Source: Desulfosudaceae bacterium (GTDB lineage Bacteria; Desulfobacterota; Desulfobacteria; Desulfobacterales; Desulfosudaceae). Taken from it: a stretch of 64,000 nucleotides of DNA. The number at the start of each line of letters is the position of its first letter. Positions within the stretch are counted from its first letter, which is position 1. A program made the position numbers and the translations under genes. The DNA lies in assembly GCA_963674745.2 (NCBI GenBank), contig CAXXDV010000003.1, positions 2,048,001 to 2,112,000 of the forward strand, read 5' to 3'. Positions 28,776 to 40,079 of this stretch are shown here, piece after piece. A model generated the notes under the pieces. That model was not told the origin of the DNA and searched no databases. It saw only the letters and a list, made by a program, of their open reading frames with translations.

Positions 28776-29181
28776 GCGCGCTCACGCCAGAATATCGATC
28801 GGCATTTGAAGTACTTCACTATCAACATCCAATATTCAGCCCCGATGTATCACTTTCTTAAATTTGCATTGACATAAAATGATCCGGCTTCCTATAATCA
28901 CATTTTTAAAAATCGACTTATTTTCAACCACATCATGCGAAACAACAACTCGATTTTCACTGAGCATGTAAAAAAATCGAAAGCCGTGGTATTAAACAGT
29001 AAGTTTAATGAAATATAAAAAGACACACAACAAGAGGGCAAAGTCATTCTGAACAGCCACGCTCTTTGCTTGCACAAATAGAGACACTGATCAGTTTAAT
29101 TGATCCTAAAACGTTGTGGGCCGATAGACAAAAAATAGATTTAATGGCGTCAGCAGAATTGTAAATAGCGAGTATTTTCTT

Positions 29182-31842
29182 ATGGGCCTTAATGTCTTAC
29201 TTTTTTTATCTGTTTTTTTTATGATATGTTTCCTTGTGTTTGCCGTATCTTTTAGAATCATTAATTCTAAAAATAAGATTTATTACGCCACCATAATTTC
29301 TGCCTTTAGTTTGTATACCATCATGTATTTAGTTTCAGACAATTTTACAGGAAAAGGTATCGATGAGTCTGTTATATACCATCTCATTTCTGGCTTGAAA
29401 GGTACCGGATTTGCGGAATACCTTAAACTAATATCCTACACATCTGCTGCCATTATACTTTCCTTATTTCTTCCTTTTGTGTTTATTGACAAAGTGATCA
29501 GACATTCTAGTACGTTGCAAAAAACAGCCTTTAAAAAAAAAGCATCCGTTGTTTTGTTAGTCATGATGAGTTTTGTTTTCAGCCCAACGTCCAAAGGGCT
29601 TTATGAAATTAATTCTCACAAAATCAGATTTCAAAAACAATCAGGATTACCTTTTAATCAATTCTATAAAAAACCCAGAATTAAAAAGGCACCTTCTTCA
29701 CCCCCGAATCTTGTGTATATTTATACAGAGGGCTTAGAAAGAACATATTTTGACAATTCTGTATTCCCTGATCTTATGACGGGGCTGAGTGAAATTGAAA
29801 AGGGAGGAATTGTTTTTGATGATATACAGCAGGTTTACGCTACTGGATGGACTATTGCGGGAATTGTATCATCCCAGTGCGGCATCCCCTTAATATGCCC
29901 TTCAACGGGGAACTCAATGGGGAATATGAATCAATTTATGCCAAATGCAGTCAGCATGAGTGACTTGCTATCACAATATGGCTATCATCTTGAATTTCTC
30001 CAGGGAACATCCGGATCATTTGCAGGTAACGGAAATTTTCTCAGAACGCATTCTTTCGACAAAGTTTATGACAAAGATGAATTATTAGGCCGTATAAACA
30101 ACCCGCCCCAAAACAGTTGGGGGCTTTATGATTCATCGGTTTTTAACTTTGCAATGAAACGATATCAATATCTTTCGTCTCAGTCAAAACCATTTGGCCT
30201 GTTTATCAGCACTATGGACACTCACCACCCAAAGGGGCACCTGCCTAAAACATGCGACAAAATTTATGGTAATGGTAAAAACCCTATTCTTAATGCTGTA
30301 AAATGTTCAGACCAACTCATCAGTTTTTTTGTTCAAGAAATATTATCCTCATATAATTCAGATAACACTGTAATTGTAATAGCTTCTGACCACCTGGCAA
30401 TGAAGAATACTGCAACAGACTTGCTTGATTCTATCAAACGCTCAAACTTATTGATGGTTATTTCTCCAACACACAAGCCTAAAACAATTTACAAAAAAGG
30501 AACAACAATGGACATTGCGCCTACTGTTCTTTATGTAATGGGATTCAATGCAGACGTCGGGCTTGGAAGGAACTTAATGGTTGAAGATTCCCTTTTACAA
30601 GAAATACCAGATTTTAACAGTCAGCTCAAATTGTGGCAGGATGATATAATTCGTTTTTGGGGTTTTCCTGTAATAAATAATAATGATTTTCTTAAAATAA
30701 ATATTCTTAGAAAAACAATAAGCTTCAAAGAAAAGGAAATTCAATTTCCGATCTTAATGGAATTCGACAAGGGTCACAACACAACCATTAAATTCCCACA
30801 TCTTAGAGGCAGTTTATATCCAGAAATTGAAGGGTACGATGGTTTCCAATCTCTTGAACACTTTCCTCAATATTTTTTACTGATTGATAAATGTCAGCAC
30901 CCAAAAGCTCAATTTTGCATGACGTATGGCTTGAAAAATTCTAATAAAAATATATCCATGCCATTAACAGAGGACATCGAATTTACTGCTGATTATATCT
31001 TCACATTAACAAGACTCAAGTTTAAGCAAAATTCAACTAATGCTGACATCATAAAAAAACGAATTACTCCGGACCGAATTATCGCTCATGCAGGAGGGGC
31101 AATTGATGGTCATGTTTACACAAATTGCCTAGAAGCGTTAGATCTGAATTACAGTAAGGGGTTTAGAAAATTTGAACTTGATATTTTAAAAACTTCAGAT
31201 GGCCATTTAGTTGCAGCTCATGATTGGAAACTTTGGAAAGAAATTACAAATTATCAGGGGGCATTGCCTCCTGACCGCTGCGACTTTCTATCTTCAAAAA
31301 TATTAGGTCAATATACACCATTAGATATAAAAAGGATTAATCTATGGTTTCAAAACCACCCTGATGCTTCCCTGGTAACAGATAAAATTAATGCCCCCAT
31401 GTATTTTGCCAGTAGATTTATAGACAAATCCCGTTTAACAATGGAGTTGTTTTCCACAGAAGCATTATGTCAAGCTAAAAAAAGCGGTGTTTCCAGCATG
31501 GCGAACTGGAGTGTTTTAGGTAAATTGTCTGATGAAAGAATACATTATCTTAAAAGTGTAGGGGTTTCCGATGTGGCTGTTTCAAGACGTATGATCAAGA
31601 CACATGCCGAACAGATGCAAAAGCTCCGAGACAACGGGATCAGGGTTTTTGTGTATCACGTCAACGCAGATCCTGGCAGGAATGAACAGTTTGTAATATG
31701 TAACGATATGGATATTGTATATGGCATGTATGCTGACGAATTGAATTTTAACGATATGGTTTATTGTGAAAAAGCTAAATACCAGGATGATGCTGTAATG
31801 GGGCTGCGGGCCAGATATCTCTACCCGCCGAACTGCCGATGA
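29182..31842 (+). CDS. Phosphoglycerol transferase I (OpgB/LTA-synthase family) fused to a C-terminal GDPD-like domain
   Basis: N-terminal TM helices; YTEGLERTYFD, GWTIAGIVSSQCGIP, TMDTHHP, ASDHLAM; C-terminal RIIAHAGG...TNCLEAL...FELD. Visibly AT-rich. Confidence 0.8.
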   Translation: MGLNVLLFLSVFFMICFLVFAVSFRIINSKNKIYYATIISAFSLYTIMYLVSDNFTGKGIDESVIYHLISGLKGTGFAEYLKLISYTSAAIILSLFLPFVFIDKVIRHSSTLQKTAFKKKASVVLLVMMSFVFSPTSKGLYEINSHKIRFQKQSGLPFNQFYKKPRIKKAPSSPPNLVYIYTEGLERTYFDNSVFPDLMTGLSEIEKGGIVFDDIQQVYATGWTIAGIVSSQCGIPLICPSTGNSMGNMNQFMPNAVSMSDLLSQYGYHLEFLQGTSGSFAGNGNFLRTHSFDKVYDKDELLGRINNPPQNSWGLYDSSVFNFAMKRYQYLSSQSKPFGLFISTMDTHHPKGHLPKTCDKIYGNGKNPILNAVKCSDQLISFFVQEILSSYNSDNTVIVIASDHLAMKNTATDLLDSIKRSNLLMVISPTHKPKTIYKKGTTMDIAPTVLYVMGFNADVGLGRNLMVEDSLLQEIPDFNSQLKLWQDDIIRFWGFPVINNNDFLKINILRKTISFKEKEIQFPILMEFDKGHNTTIKFPHLRGSLYPEIEGYDGFQSLEHFPQYFLLIDKCQHPKAQFCMTYGLKNSNKNISMPLTEDIEFTADYIFTLTRLKFKQNSTNADIIKKRITPDRIIAHAGGAIDGHVYTNCLEALDLNYSKGFRKFELDILKTSDGHLVAAHDWKLWKEITNYQGALPPDRCDFLSSKILGQYTPLDIKRINLWFQNHPDASLVTDKINAPMYFASRFIDKSRLTMELFSTEALCQAKKSGVSSMANWSVLGKLSDERIHYLKSVGVSDVAVSRRMIKTHAEQMQKLRDNGIRVFVYHVNADPGRNEQFVICNDMDIVYGMYADELNFNDMVYCEKAKYQDDAVMGLRARYLYPPNCR

Positions 31843-32292
31843 GGCCTCATTTTCACCACGTGAAGGAATTCTTCGAGAATAATCAATATTCAAATTAAGC
31901 CCGGTAAAGATTCACCTGTGTTCTATCCCGGCTGGATAGCCCCATCCGCGTTGGGTCGGGTGCTGCGGGAAAAAATGTCCCGAATTGTTTCCGCGTCCTT
32001 CTTTATTTCCAGCTAGCGTCTCTCATTCATCCAAAACATATGGTGTTTCAAATGTTTTGACATACAAGCCCGGTTTTGCTATAGATATCGACCATAAAAG
32101 CGAATTCCTGATCCTTTCAGGAATATAATTGCGTCCCCAAGAAAACAAAAAAAGACTGGCATAAAAAAATGTGACATGATCAGCCGGGAATAAAAACCCT
32201 GACTGATGTCCAGTGGCGTAAATATTATTATATGAATCTGCGCCGATTTTGTTCAGGACGAACGCCGCACCTGATGAATTAAGGAACAAGAC

Positions 32293-35200
32293 ATGACCGT
32301 TAAGAAGAAGACATTTTTAATCGTTTTTCTGGCCGTAATGGGCGCCTGGCTGATATATATCGCAGTCTTTAAATTCATTGTTTTAAAAAACTTTGCTGCG
32401 CTTGAGCGGAATGAGGCAGAACGAACCATACAACTGTGCCTGACACTTATCGACCTGGAAAAAGAGCACATTGAAAGGTACCTTCACGATCGTTCAGTCT
32501 GCAATGATTCATATAATTTCGTTGTCGACCGCAACCAGCAATACATCGACTCCAATCTGGCACCTGCTATCTTTTCGTGTCAGAAGCTCAACCTTATTCA
32601 CTACTATAACAATGATGGCATTCTTGTGTGGGGAAAAGCTTATGATCTTAAGGGGAAAAAAGAAATCCCGTTTGACCTGAAAAAAGAGCTGAAGCCGTCA
32701 CTTTTCTCCAGGCTTTTCATTAAAAACCACTCGGAGGCTTTTACCGGAGGAGTCGGACATACCAGCCTTGGGCCGATGCTTATAATGGCGCACCCGATCC
32801 TGCCCACGTCGGGGGCCGGGCCCGTTCGCGGCACTCTGGTCATGGGCCGGTTGTTAACGACAGACTATATCTCCTCACTCACCCGGATGACCGGCGTGAA
32901 GCTTGAGTCATGGTCGATAAAAGATGAACATACTCCGGCGGCCATAAGTGCGTTAGTCGCGTCATGGGAAAGCGCTGCCCCTTCTAAAATTGAATATGCT
33001 TCATCCGAACTTCTCCGGGTATACTCAATCATCAGGGATTTAGAAGATCAACCGGTAATTATCCTTCAAGCCTCATTGCCGCGAAGTATCATGACCAGAG
33101 GAGTAAGGGTATACCGAATCAGCATCATATTCATGCTGGCAGCAGGTCTGTTCGCCATAATTATTATCCCGTGGATAGCGGGATTTTTGATAGTGAACTC
33201 CATTACCCGGCTGACGAAGAACGCCATGGCCATCGAAATATCTTCCAATAATCAGACCGTTTTCGAGACCAACCGTAAAGATGAGATCGGGGACCTGTCA
33301 AGGGCCCTGGCCAGGATGGTAGGCCACCTCTCCAAGAGTGAAGAACTCTATCGAATCCTGGCTGAAAATGCCCGTGATGTCATCTGGGCCTTCGATCTTA
33401 ACCTGAATTACACCTATATAAGCCCGTCAGTCATGCAGTTGCGGGGATACACCCCGGAAGAGGCGATGGCGCATCGTTTCGAACAGATACTAACACCAGC
33501 ATCACTTGAATATGCCATGGAAATAATCGCCAAAGAACTGGAACTTGAATTGAACGGACACCTGCACGGCCCTAACTGGTCAACGACTGCTGAACTGGAG
33601 ATGATGTGTAAAGACGGCTCAACCGTCTGGACCGAAATTGCCTCCAGCTTTTATTATGACAAGGAAGGTAAGCCGAAAGGTATTATGGGTATAACAAGAG
33701 ACATTTCCGAGCGCAAGCAGGTTGAACTGGAGCTTCGCCGGGCTGAGCAGCTGGCGGAACAGGCCAGCCAGGCCAAGTCCCAGTTTCTGGCCAATATGAG
33801 TCATGAGATTCGAACACCCTTAAATGGTGTCATCAGCATGACCGATCTGCTGCTTGACACGCCCTTAAACGTTGAACAGCAGAAATTCGCCAAAATCGTG
33901 AAATCAAGCGGCAAAGCACTTCTGGCCCTGATCAGTGACATTCTCGACTTTTCCAAGATCGAAGCCAACAAGCTCGATCTGGAAACAATCGAATTCGACC
34001 TGCGCAACGTGCTGGAAGATATCCAAGAAATACTTTCAACCAAGGTCAATGCAAAAGGGCTCGAGCTGGACTGGACAATCGATCCTGAAGTGCCTTCCTG
34101 GCTTGAAGGAGATCCGGGACGCCTGCGCCAGATCATCCTCAACCTGGCCGATAACGCCGTGAAATTCACCGCCAGCGGAGGGATCTTCTTGCGAGCGGCC
34201 CTGGAATCCGAAGAGGATAGCCAGGTCACCATCCGCTTCTTAATTACCGATACCGGCATAGGCATCCAGAAAGACCGCATCACCGAATTGTTCCAGCCCT
34301 TTGTACAGGAAGACAGTTCAACCACGCGCAGGTTCGGAGGCACCGGCCTTGGTCTGTCAATCTCAAAACAGCTTTCCGAACTGATGGGCGGACAGATCGG
34401 CGCGGAGAGCGAAAAGAACAAAGGCTCCACCTTCTGGTTTACGGCCTGTTTTAAAAAACAGGCCGAAGACAATATCCTTTTCGAAGAAGCCCTCCAGGAT
34501 CTGGAAGGGATAAGGGTACTGATAGTTGATGATGATGACACGAGCCTGATACAGGTGACGAAACTTGTGCAATCATGGGGATGCCGTTTTGATACCGCGA
34601 GTGACGGAGAAGCCGCCCTGTCCCTGCTCAAAGGGGCCGGCCACGACCAGGATCCTTACGCCATAGCCCTTATTGACTTTGTTATGCCCGGCATGGATGG
34701 TATGGGTCTGGGGAAGAGAATCAAGGGAGATCCGGGCCTGATGAAGACCTCCCTGATCCTGATGACCTCAGTGGGACAAAGGGGTGATGCCGCCGAGTTA
34801 AAGCGCATCGGATTTTCCGGATATCTGATCAAACCTTTCCGTAAAACGCAATTACGTAAATGTCTGGAGATGGTTCTCGGCCGAACGACGGACAAAACAC
34901 ACCGCTACGCAGGAGAACTGGTCACCAGACATGTCATTAAAGAGTCACTGAAAAAGAAAATCCGCATCCTGGTAGTTGAGGACAACTCCACCAACCGGGT
35001 AGTGGCACTTACCATTCTCAACAAGCTTGGCTTCAAAGCCGATTCAGTTGACGACGGCCAGGAGGCCATTGAAAGGATACAGCAGCACCCTTATGACCTC
35101 ATCCTGATGGACTGCCAGATGCCCGAGATGGACGGTTATGAGGCGACCCGTCATATACGGAATCAGCAAACAGGTATTACCAGGCCCACTGTCCCCATCA

Positions 35201-35745
35201 TTGCCATGACGGCCCATGCCATGGACGGTGACCGCGACAAATGCCTTAAAGCAGGCATGGATGACTTTCTGGTCAAACCCATTCAGCCGAATGAATTAGC
35301 AAAAATGCTGAACCGGTGGCTAAGCATAAATCTGACAGAGCGGGAAACGGATGCGAGGCCTGCAGCTGGTTTGACAGAAGAAAAGGATTTCGGCTATGAT
35401 GAGAAAAATATTTTTGACGCTGATGATCTGCTCGGAAGACTCATGACGGACAAAGATTCGTGCCGTCCCATTGTCGCAGGTTTTCTGGCCGATATATCTA
35501 CCTATGTCCTGGCCCTCAAAAATTTTTTGCGCAGCGGCGACGCGCATTCCGTGCAGTATCAGGCCCATACCATCAAAGGGGCGGCAGCTAATGTCAGTTG
35601 CTACCGCCTCAAAAAAACAGCCCATGAAATGGAGGAAGCCGGTGAAGCCGGTAATCTTGAAAAAGCGGCCTCACTCCTGCCCGGGCTGGAAGAAGAGATT
35701 GCGCTTATAAGAAAGGTTATGAAACAGACCGGGTGGATAGAATAA
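32293..35745 (+). CDS. Hybrid sensor kinase (CHASE4-like, HAMP, PAS, HisKA, HATPase, 2xREC, Hpt)
   Basis: FLANMSHEIRTPLNG, GDPGRLRQ, GGTGLGL, two receivers, and AHTIKGAAANV Hpt motif. Confidence 0.95.
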   Translation: MTVKKKTFLIVFLAVMGAWLIYIAVFKFIVLKNFAALERNEAERTIQLCLTLIDLEKEHIERYLHDRSVCNDSYNFVVDRNQQYIDSNLAPAIFSCQKLNLIHYYNNDGILVWGKAYDLKGKKEIPFDLKKELKPSLFSRLFIKNHSEAFTGGVGHTSLGPMLIMAHPILPTSGAGPVRGTLVMGRLLTTDYISSLTRMTGVKLESWSIKDEHTPAAISALVASWESAAPSKIEYASSELLRVYSIIRDLEDQPVIILQASLPRSIMTRGVRVYRISIIFMLAAGLFAIIIIPWIAGFLIVNSITRLTKNAMAIEISSNNQTVFETNRKDEIGDLSRALARMVGHLSKSEELYRILAENARDVIWAFDLNLNYTYISPSVMQLRGYTPEEAMAHRFEQILTPASLEYAMEIIAKELELELNGHLHGPNWSTTAELEMMCKDGSTVWTEIASSFYYDKEGKPKGIMGITRDISERKQVELELRRAEQLAEQASQAKSQFLANMSHEIRTPLNGVISMTDLLLDTPLNVEQQKFAKIVKSSGKALLALISDILDFSKIEANKLDLETIEFDLRNVLEDIQEILSTKVNAKGLELDWTIDPEVPSWLEGDPGRLRQIILNLADNAVKFTASGGIFLRAALESEEDSQVTIRFLITDTGIGIQKDRITELFQPFVQEDSSTTRRFGGTGLGLSISKQLSELMGGQIGAESEKNKGSTFWFTACFKKQAEDNILFEEALQDLEGIRVLIVDDDDTSLIQVTKLVQSWGCRFDTASDGEAALSLLKGAGHDQDPYAIALIDFVMPGMDGMGLGKRIKGDPGLMKTSLILMTSVGQRGDAAELKRIGFSGYLIKPFRKTQLRKCLEMVLGRTTDKTHRYAGELVTRHVIKESLKKKIRILVVEDNSTNRVVALTILNKLGFKADSVDDGQEAIERIQQHPYDLILMDCQMPEMDGYEATRHIRNQQTGITRPTVPIIAMTAHAMDGDRDKCLKAGMDDFLVKPIQPNELAKMLNRWLSINLTERETDARPAAGLTEEKDFGYDEKNIFDADDLLGRLMTDKDSCRPIVAGFLADISTYVLALKNFLRSGDAHSVQYQAHTIKGAAANVSCYRLKKTAHEMEEAGEAGNLEKAASLLPGLEEEIALIRKVMKQTGWIE

Positions 35746-35798
35746 AAAAGGTATAAGCTGAGAACAGAACGTATAGCCATCACTTGAGGAGGTTAAAC

Positions 35799-36191
35799 AT
35801 GAAAACCCTTATCGTGGAAGATGATTTTACAAGTCGGTTGATACTGCAGCAGATTTTCAGCCCTTATGGTGAGTGCCATATGGCCATGAACGGGAAAGAA
35901 GCAATCGATGCGTTCATCATAGCGACCAAGGAAGGCGCACCTTACAACCTTATCTGCCTGGACCTTATGATGCCTGAAATGAATGGCCGGGATGCACTGA
36001 AGCGAATCCGTAAACTGGAAAATGAATTTGGAATAAAAGAAAGTGACGAAGTAAAGATACTTATGTTGTCGATGATGAAAGATTCCCAGCGGGTTGACGA
36101 CATCTGTAGAGAAGGTGCCACGGCCTATATGGTCAAACCCATAGTTAAAGAATTGTTGCTAAAACATCTAACCGACTTTGGACTGCCATAA
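35799..36191 (+). CDS. CheY-like single-domain response regulator
   Basis: MKTLIVEDD...CLDLMMPEMNG...YMVKP; GAGGAGG RBS before the ATG at 35799. Confidence 0.92.
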   Translation: MKTLIVEDDFTSRLILQQIFSPYGECHMAMNGKEAIDAFIIATKEGAPYNLICLDLMMPEMNGRDALKRIRKLENEFGIKESDEVKILMLSMMKDSQRVDDICREGATAYMVKPIVKELLLKHLTDFGLP

Positions 36192-36306
36192 ACGCAAGTC
36201 GTTCCGGGCTCTCGAATGGCGGTCTTTATCTGGTAGCTTATGATATTGTGGGGATGATTTTCAGGAATTGTGCTCATGACTGAAGCTCAACGGGAGAGGC
36301 GGCATC

Positions 36307-36585
36307 ATGTCAAAAAAGCTGGAAACCATGACGGTCGAAGAATTAATGGCTGAGGCGGATAAACTGATCCGGCAACTCGATTCTGAAATAATCAATGACC
36401 TGGAAGAGACACATCGTTCCAAGCTGGAAGAACACGCTCAGAACTTAAAGAATATTAAAGCCGGGACTCAGGATAAAACCGGTAAACAAAAAACGTCCGA
36501 GACAGGTTCCGTAGCGGAAGGCATGCACGAGGCGATCCTGGACATTGTAAAAGCCTTTCAGGAATTTGATATCGATGTTTCCTGA
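36307..36585 (+). CDS. Small hypothetical helical protein
   Basis: 92-aa ORF with GGAGAGG RBS; no recognisable motif. Confidence 0.65.
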   Translation: MSKKLETMTVEELMAEADKLIRQLDSEIINDLEETHRSKLEEHAQNLKNIKAGTQDKTGKQKTSETGSVAEGMHEAILDIVKAFQEFDIDVS

Positions 36586-36607
36586 ACAAAAAATCCGGAC
36601 ACGTTTT

Positions 36608-38206
36608 TTAACCGTCCAATTTTTTCTGGGCGCCCTGTAATCCGGCAATCCGCCCCAGTGTCCAGACAATCCGTTCAAAAACACCGGTCAATTCCAGGAG
36701 CATAGCCCGATCCGACGCGGACAGGTCATCCTGACGGCTGATATAGGCCGCCCTGATGGACTGGATGACATCTCCCTTGTTGCCTGTAAGATGAATAAAA
36801 TTTTCCGCATCCGTCAAATCGCCTGAAGTTTCCGTCTCACAAAGGGTATTCAGCAGAAAATCAAGACTCTGAACAAAAGAATCCTCAAAAGTCTTTCTGA
36901 GGCTGCCGGACCATTGCCGGCAGAGTTGGTTGAACTGATAAAGCAGCGCCTCAAGCCCCTCCATCAGCTTCTGTTTGTTCTGCAGTATCATTAACAGGTC
37001 CACCCCTGAATGAGATAAAGGCTGCCGGACCAGTTCTTCGATCTGAGCATTTATTTCTCCGGAAACAGTTTTAAAAGAGCCGTTGAGAGCGTCCAGGGTT
37101 CCCGCCTGATCAGGAGCCGGTTCCAGAAGCATGGCCGGGTATCGGGGCATTCGGCACATCAGGCGGGCCTGTTCTTTGACCAGAAGGCCGAGGTGAAGCT
37201 CAGGTGCGCCGCCGAAGTCATCCCTTAAAAACGCCGTGCGTGACCATTCTTCTTCCTGAGTGGCCGGCCAGAATCGCGCCAGAGCTCCGACAAAAGGCAT
37301 CAGCGCCAATGACATGACGACGGCGCCGCCCCAGTTAAAAACCAGAAAAACCATGGCCGCTTTCTGCTCCAGCGGCAGGTGGAGATGAAGGATCAAAGCA
37401 TGAACCAGGGGCAGGCCGGCAAACAATTCCAGATAAAATAAAAGCACAAAAACTGCCCCGGTAATCAGGTTAAAAAAAACCTGGGACATGATCAACTGCT
37501 TGGGCGTTCCCCTGATCGTCATGCCGAGCAGCCAGGTTACCGCACCTGATCCGACATTAGTGCCGTAAATAATCATCATGGTCTGTTCAAGGCTGAACAC
37601 GCCCACCTGGGCCAGGGCGATGGCCAGAATCGACACGGCCGTGGAGGACTGACACAACCCGGTCAACAAAGCACCGATCAGAAAAGAATAAAGATAGGAC
37701 GACTGGTGCGACATAAGCATGGTCTTGAACCAGGGCATGGCGGCCAGAGGCTCGGCACCGGCCCGGAGCATAATCAACCCGTAAAACAGCATGGAGCCCC
37801 CGAAAAGCGCCTGTGAAACCAGGGCCATCCGCCGGGGACGTTTAAATGCAAAAGAAAGGCCGGAAACACCGAGAATAAAAAGCACCGCCAGTTTGATGTT
37901 CAGCACAGCCAGTACAATCATGATACCGGCGCCGGCGTTGGCCCAGAAAATAAGCAGTATGCCGCGTTGTACAGGCAGCAGTCCGGCGCTCACAAGGCTG
38001 CCGGTGATAAAAGACAGAGCGGGCATGGACTGGGATAAAAATCCGGCCATAAAACCCGCCAGGCCCGTGCGCAGGGCTGTTCCCAGCCACCGTGCGAATT
38101 GCATACGGAAACGGCGGCCGGCCATTTGTTTCAGGCCCGAACTGAGCAGGAACAATCCGACGAAAAAGACCCCGATGCCACCGATGAGACTGCCTATGGC
38201 CTCCAC
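36608..38206 (-). CDS. Na+/Pi cotransporter family protein
   Basis: GGIGVFFVGL...GLKQMAG, repeated QSS/AN-G motifs (LCQSSTAV, YGTNVGS), and a soluble helical C-terminal region. Confidence 0.85.
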   Translation of the reverse strand: MEAIGSLIGGIGVFFVGLFLLSSGLKQMAGRRFRMQFARWLGTALRTGLAGFMAGFLSQSMPALSFITGSLVSAGLLPVQRGILLIFWANAGAGIMIVLAVLNIKLAVLFILGVSGLSFAFKRPRRMALVSQALFGGSMLFYGLIMLRAGAEPLAAMPWFKTMLMSHQSSYLYSFLIGALLTGLCQSSTAVSILAIALAQVGVFSLEQTMMIIYGTNVGSGAVTWLLGMTIRGTPKQLIMSQVFFNLITGAVFVLLFYLELFAGLPLVHALILHLHLPLEQKAAMVFLVFNWGGAVVMSLALMPFVGALARFWPATQEEEWSRTAFLRDDFGGAPELHLGLLVKEQARLMCRMPRYPAMLLEPAPDQAGTLDALNGSFKTVSGEINAQIEELVRQPLSHSGVDLLMILQNKQKLMEGLEALLYQFNQLCRQWSGSLRKTFEDSFVQSLDFLLNTLCETETSGDLTDAENFIHLTGNKGDVIQSIRAAYISRQDDLSASDRAMLLELTGVFERIVWTLGRIAGLQGAQKKLDG

Positions 38207-38332
38207 TTTTCCCTCACCTTCTGATCAGCATACACATTACGAAATCCTTTTTAAATATGCCGAATAATTTTTTGGATTCAATAATCAAGGCGGATCCGGA
38301 CAATCGCCCCGACCGTTTCGTTATCCCCTTTC

Positions 38333-39145
38333 TCAGTAATACTGACGCTCCAGGACCACGGCCACGGATTCGTCAAAAAGTTCCCGCTTCTGTACCCGGT
38401 CGAAAGTGGCCATCAGGTCGGGTACCCGGACCCGGCGTTTTCGCTCGTGCTGATAATCTTCCACAATCGTGCCCCGGTTCATCATGATAATACGATCGGG
38501 CAGGTCAACGGCCTGCTGCATGGAGTGGGTCACCATGAGGGCGGTGAGTTTTTCCAGGTCAATGATGGCTTTTGTCAGCTCGGCCACCTTGGCGGCGCTT
38601 TTGGGATCAAGTGCGGCCGTATGTTCGTCCAGGAGCAACAGTTTGGGGCGTGTCCACACGGCCATGAGCAGGGTCAGTGCCTGACGCTGGCCGCCTGAAA
38701 GGGTGCCGATGGGATTGTCCAACCGGTCTTCCAGCCCCATTTTCAAAGTACTTACCCGGTCCGCCACTTCTTCCCGAAACGAACGGGTTACCGCCCGGCG
38801 AAGTGATCGGCGCTGCCCGCGTTTCATGGCAATGGCAATGTTTTCCGCTATGGTCATGTCCGGGGCGGTTCCCGCAAACGGGTCCTGAAAGACCCGTCCG
38901 ACAAGGGCGGCCCGTTTATATTCAGGCCAGGCGGTGATGTTTTGACCATCCAGGTGAATATTGCCGCTGTCCACGAAGAATGTTCCGGCCACGGCATTGA
39001 GCAGGGTGCTCTTACCGGAGCCGTTGGTGCCGATAATCCCGGTAAAGCTGCCGTCCTGTATGGTCACATGAACGCCGCGCAAAGCCCGGACTTCGTTGAC
39101 CGTATGAGCATGAAAGGTCTTAAAAACCGACTCAATTTTCAACAT
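38333..39145 (-). CDS. ABC transporter ATP-binding protein
   Basis: GTNGSGKST, LSGGQRQ, LLLDEHTAALDP. Confidence 0.95.
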   Translation of the reverse strand: MLKIESVFKTFHAHTVNEVRALRGVHVTIQDGSFTGIIGTNGSGKSTLLNAVAGTFFVDSGNIHLDGQNITAWPEYKRAALVGRVFQDPFAGTAPDMTIAENIAIAMKRGQRRSLRRAVTRSFREEVADRVSTLKMGLEDRLDNPIGTLSGGQRQALTLLMAVWTRPKLLLLDEHTAALDPKSAAKVAELTKAIIDLEKLTALMVTHSMQQAVDLPDRIIMMNRGTIVEDYQHERKRRVRVPDLMATFDRVQKRELFDESVAVVLERQYY

Positions 39146-40079
39146 AACGGTGTTCTCCTTTCATCAATCTGCCCAGAGACCCGAACCACGACGGCGCAAC
39201 CAGGGCGGCGAAAACAAAGACCGCCGTGACCAGCTTGAGGTCATTGGGATTCAGTCCCCAGCGAAGGGCAATGGCAATCAGCAACCGGAACAGAATGGTG
39301 CCCAGAATAACGCCGGTGATGGTCAGCCCCAGACCGGCACGACCGACCAGCGCTTCGCCGATGATAATACTGGCCAGGCCCCATACCATCATGCCGATAC
39401 CCATCTGAACATCCGCGAACCCCTGGTATTGGGCCAGAAGCGAACCGGCCATGGCCACCAGGGCGTTGGCCATGGCCAGGCTGAAAACGATCATGGTCTG
39501 GTTGTTAACGCCCTGCGCACGCACCATCTGGGGGTTGCTGCCGGCTGCCCTGAGGGCGGTGCCGGTGTGTGTAAACAGAAAAACACACAGGATAGCGGCG
39601 ACCCCGACAGCCGTCAAACCGCTGGTCGCAAAAACCGCCATATCACCCGGCGGTACCTGCCAGCCCAGGATGTCGATCCGCGAAACGTTGGCGGTGATTT
39701 TTGTCAGCAGATTTTCCATACCGGTGGAAATGGTGGTCACATCCAGCAAAGGGATATTGCTTCTTCCCATGACCCGGAGGTTGATGGAGTACAGGGCCGT
39801 CATGACCAGAATCCCGGACAGGATCTCCTGAATCTTGAAACGGGTGTAAAGAATACCGGTAACCGCCCCGGCCAGGGCGCCGCCTAGGATAGAAACCAGA
39901 ATCGCCAGCCAGGGAGAATACCCCTGAACGATCAGAACGGCTGAAATGGACGCGCCCAGGGTGATGGAACCGTCGACCGTAATATCCGTAAACCGGATCA
40001 TCCGGAAACTGATGAACATGCCCAGGGACAGCAAGGAAAGAATCAGCCCCATGGTAAAGGCCCCGATGACCAGACTCAT
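39132..40079 (-). CDS. ABC transporter permease (putative aromatic amino acid importer type)
   Basis: DITVDGS, ILSGILVMTALYSINLR, QYQGFADVQMG, DLKLVTA. ATG at 40079 overlaps the upstream stop. Confidence 0.92.
   Translation of the reverse strand: MSLVIGAFTMGLILSLLSLGMFISFRMIRFTDITVDGSITLGASISAVLIVQGYSPWLAILVSILGGALAGAVTGILYTRFKIQEILSGILVMTALYSINLRVMGRSNIPLLDVTTISTGMENLLTKITANVSRIDILGWQVPPGDMAVFATSGLTAVGVAAILCVFLFTHTGTALRAAGSNPQMVRAQGVNNQTMIVFSLAMANALVAMAGSLLAQYQGFADVQMGIGMMVWGLASIIIGEALVGRAGLGLTITGVILGTILFRLLIAIALRWGLNPNDLKLVTAVFVFAALVAPSWFGSLGRLMKGEHRYVEN

Noticed and set aside
29030..29120. c-di-GMP-I riboswitch (GGGCAAA seed)
   Set aside because: The GAAA tetraloop stem and GACGCAAAGC-like segment are not present.
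31880..32020. Structured ncRNA or IS end in the intergenic region
   Set aside because: Only a short hairpin (CTATCC-CGGCT-GGATAG) is visible and no family is recognisable; it would need an Rfam/ISfinder search.
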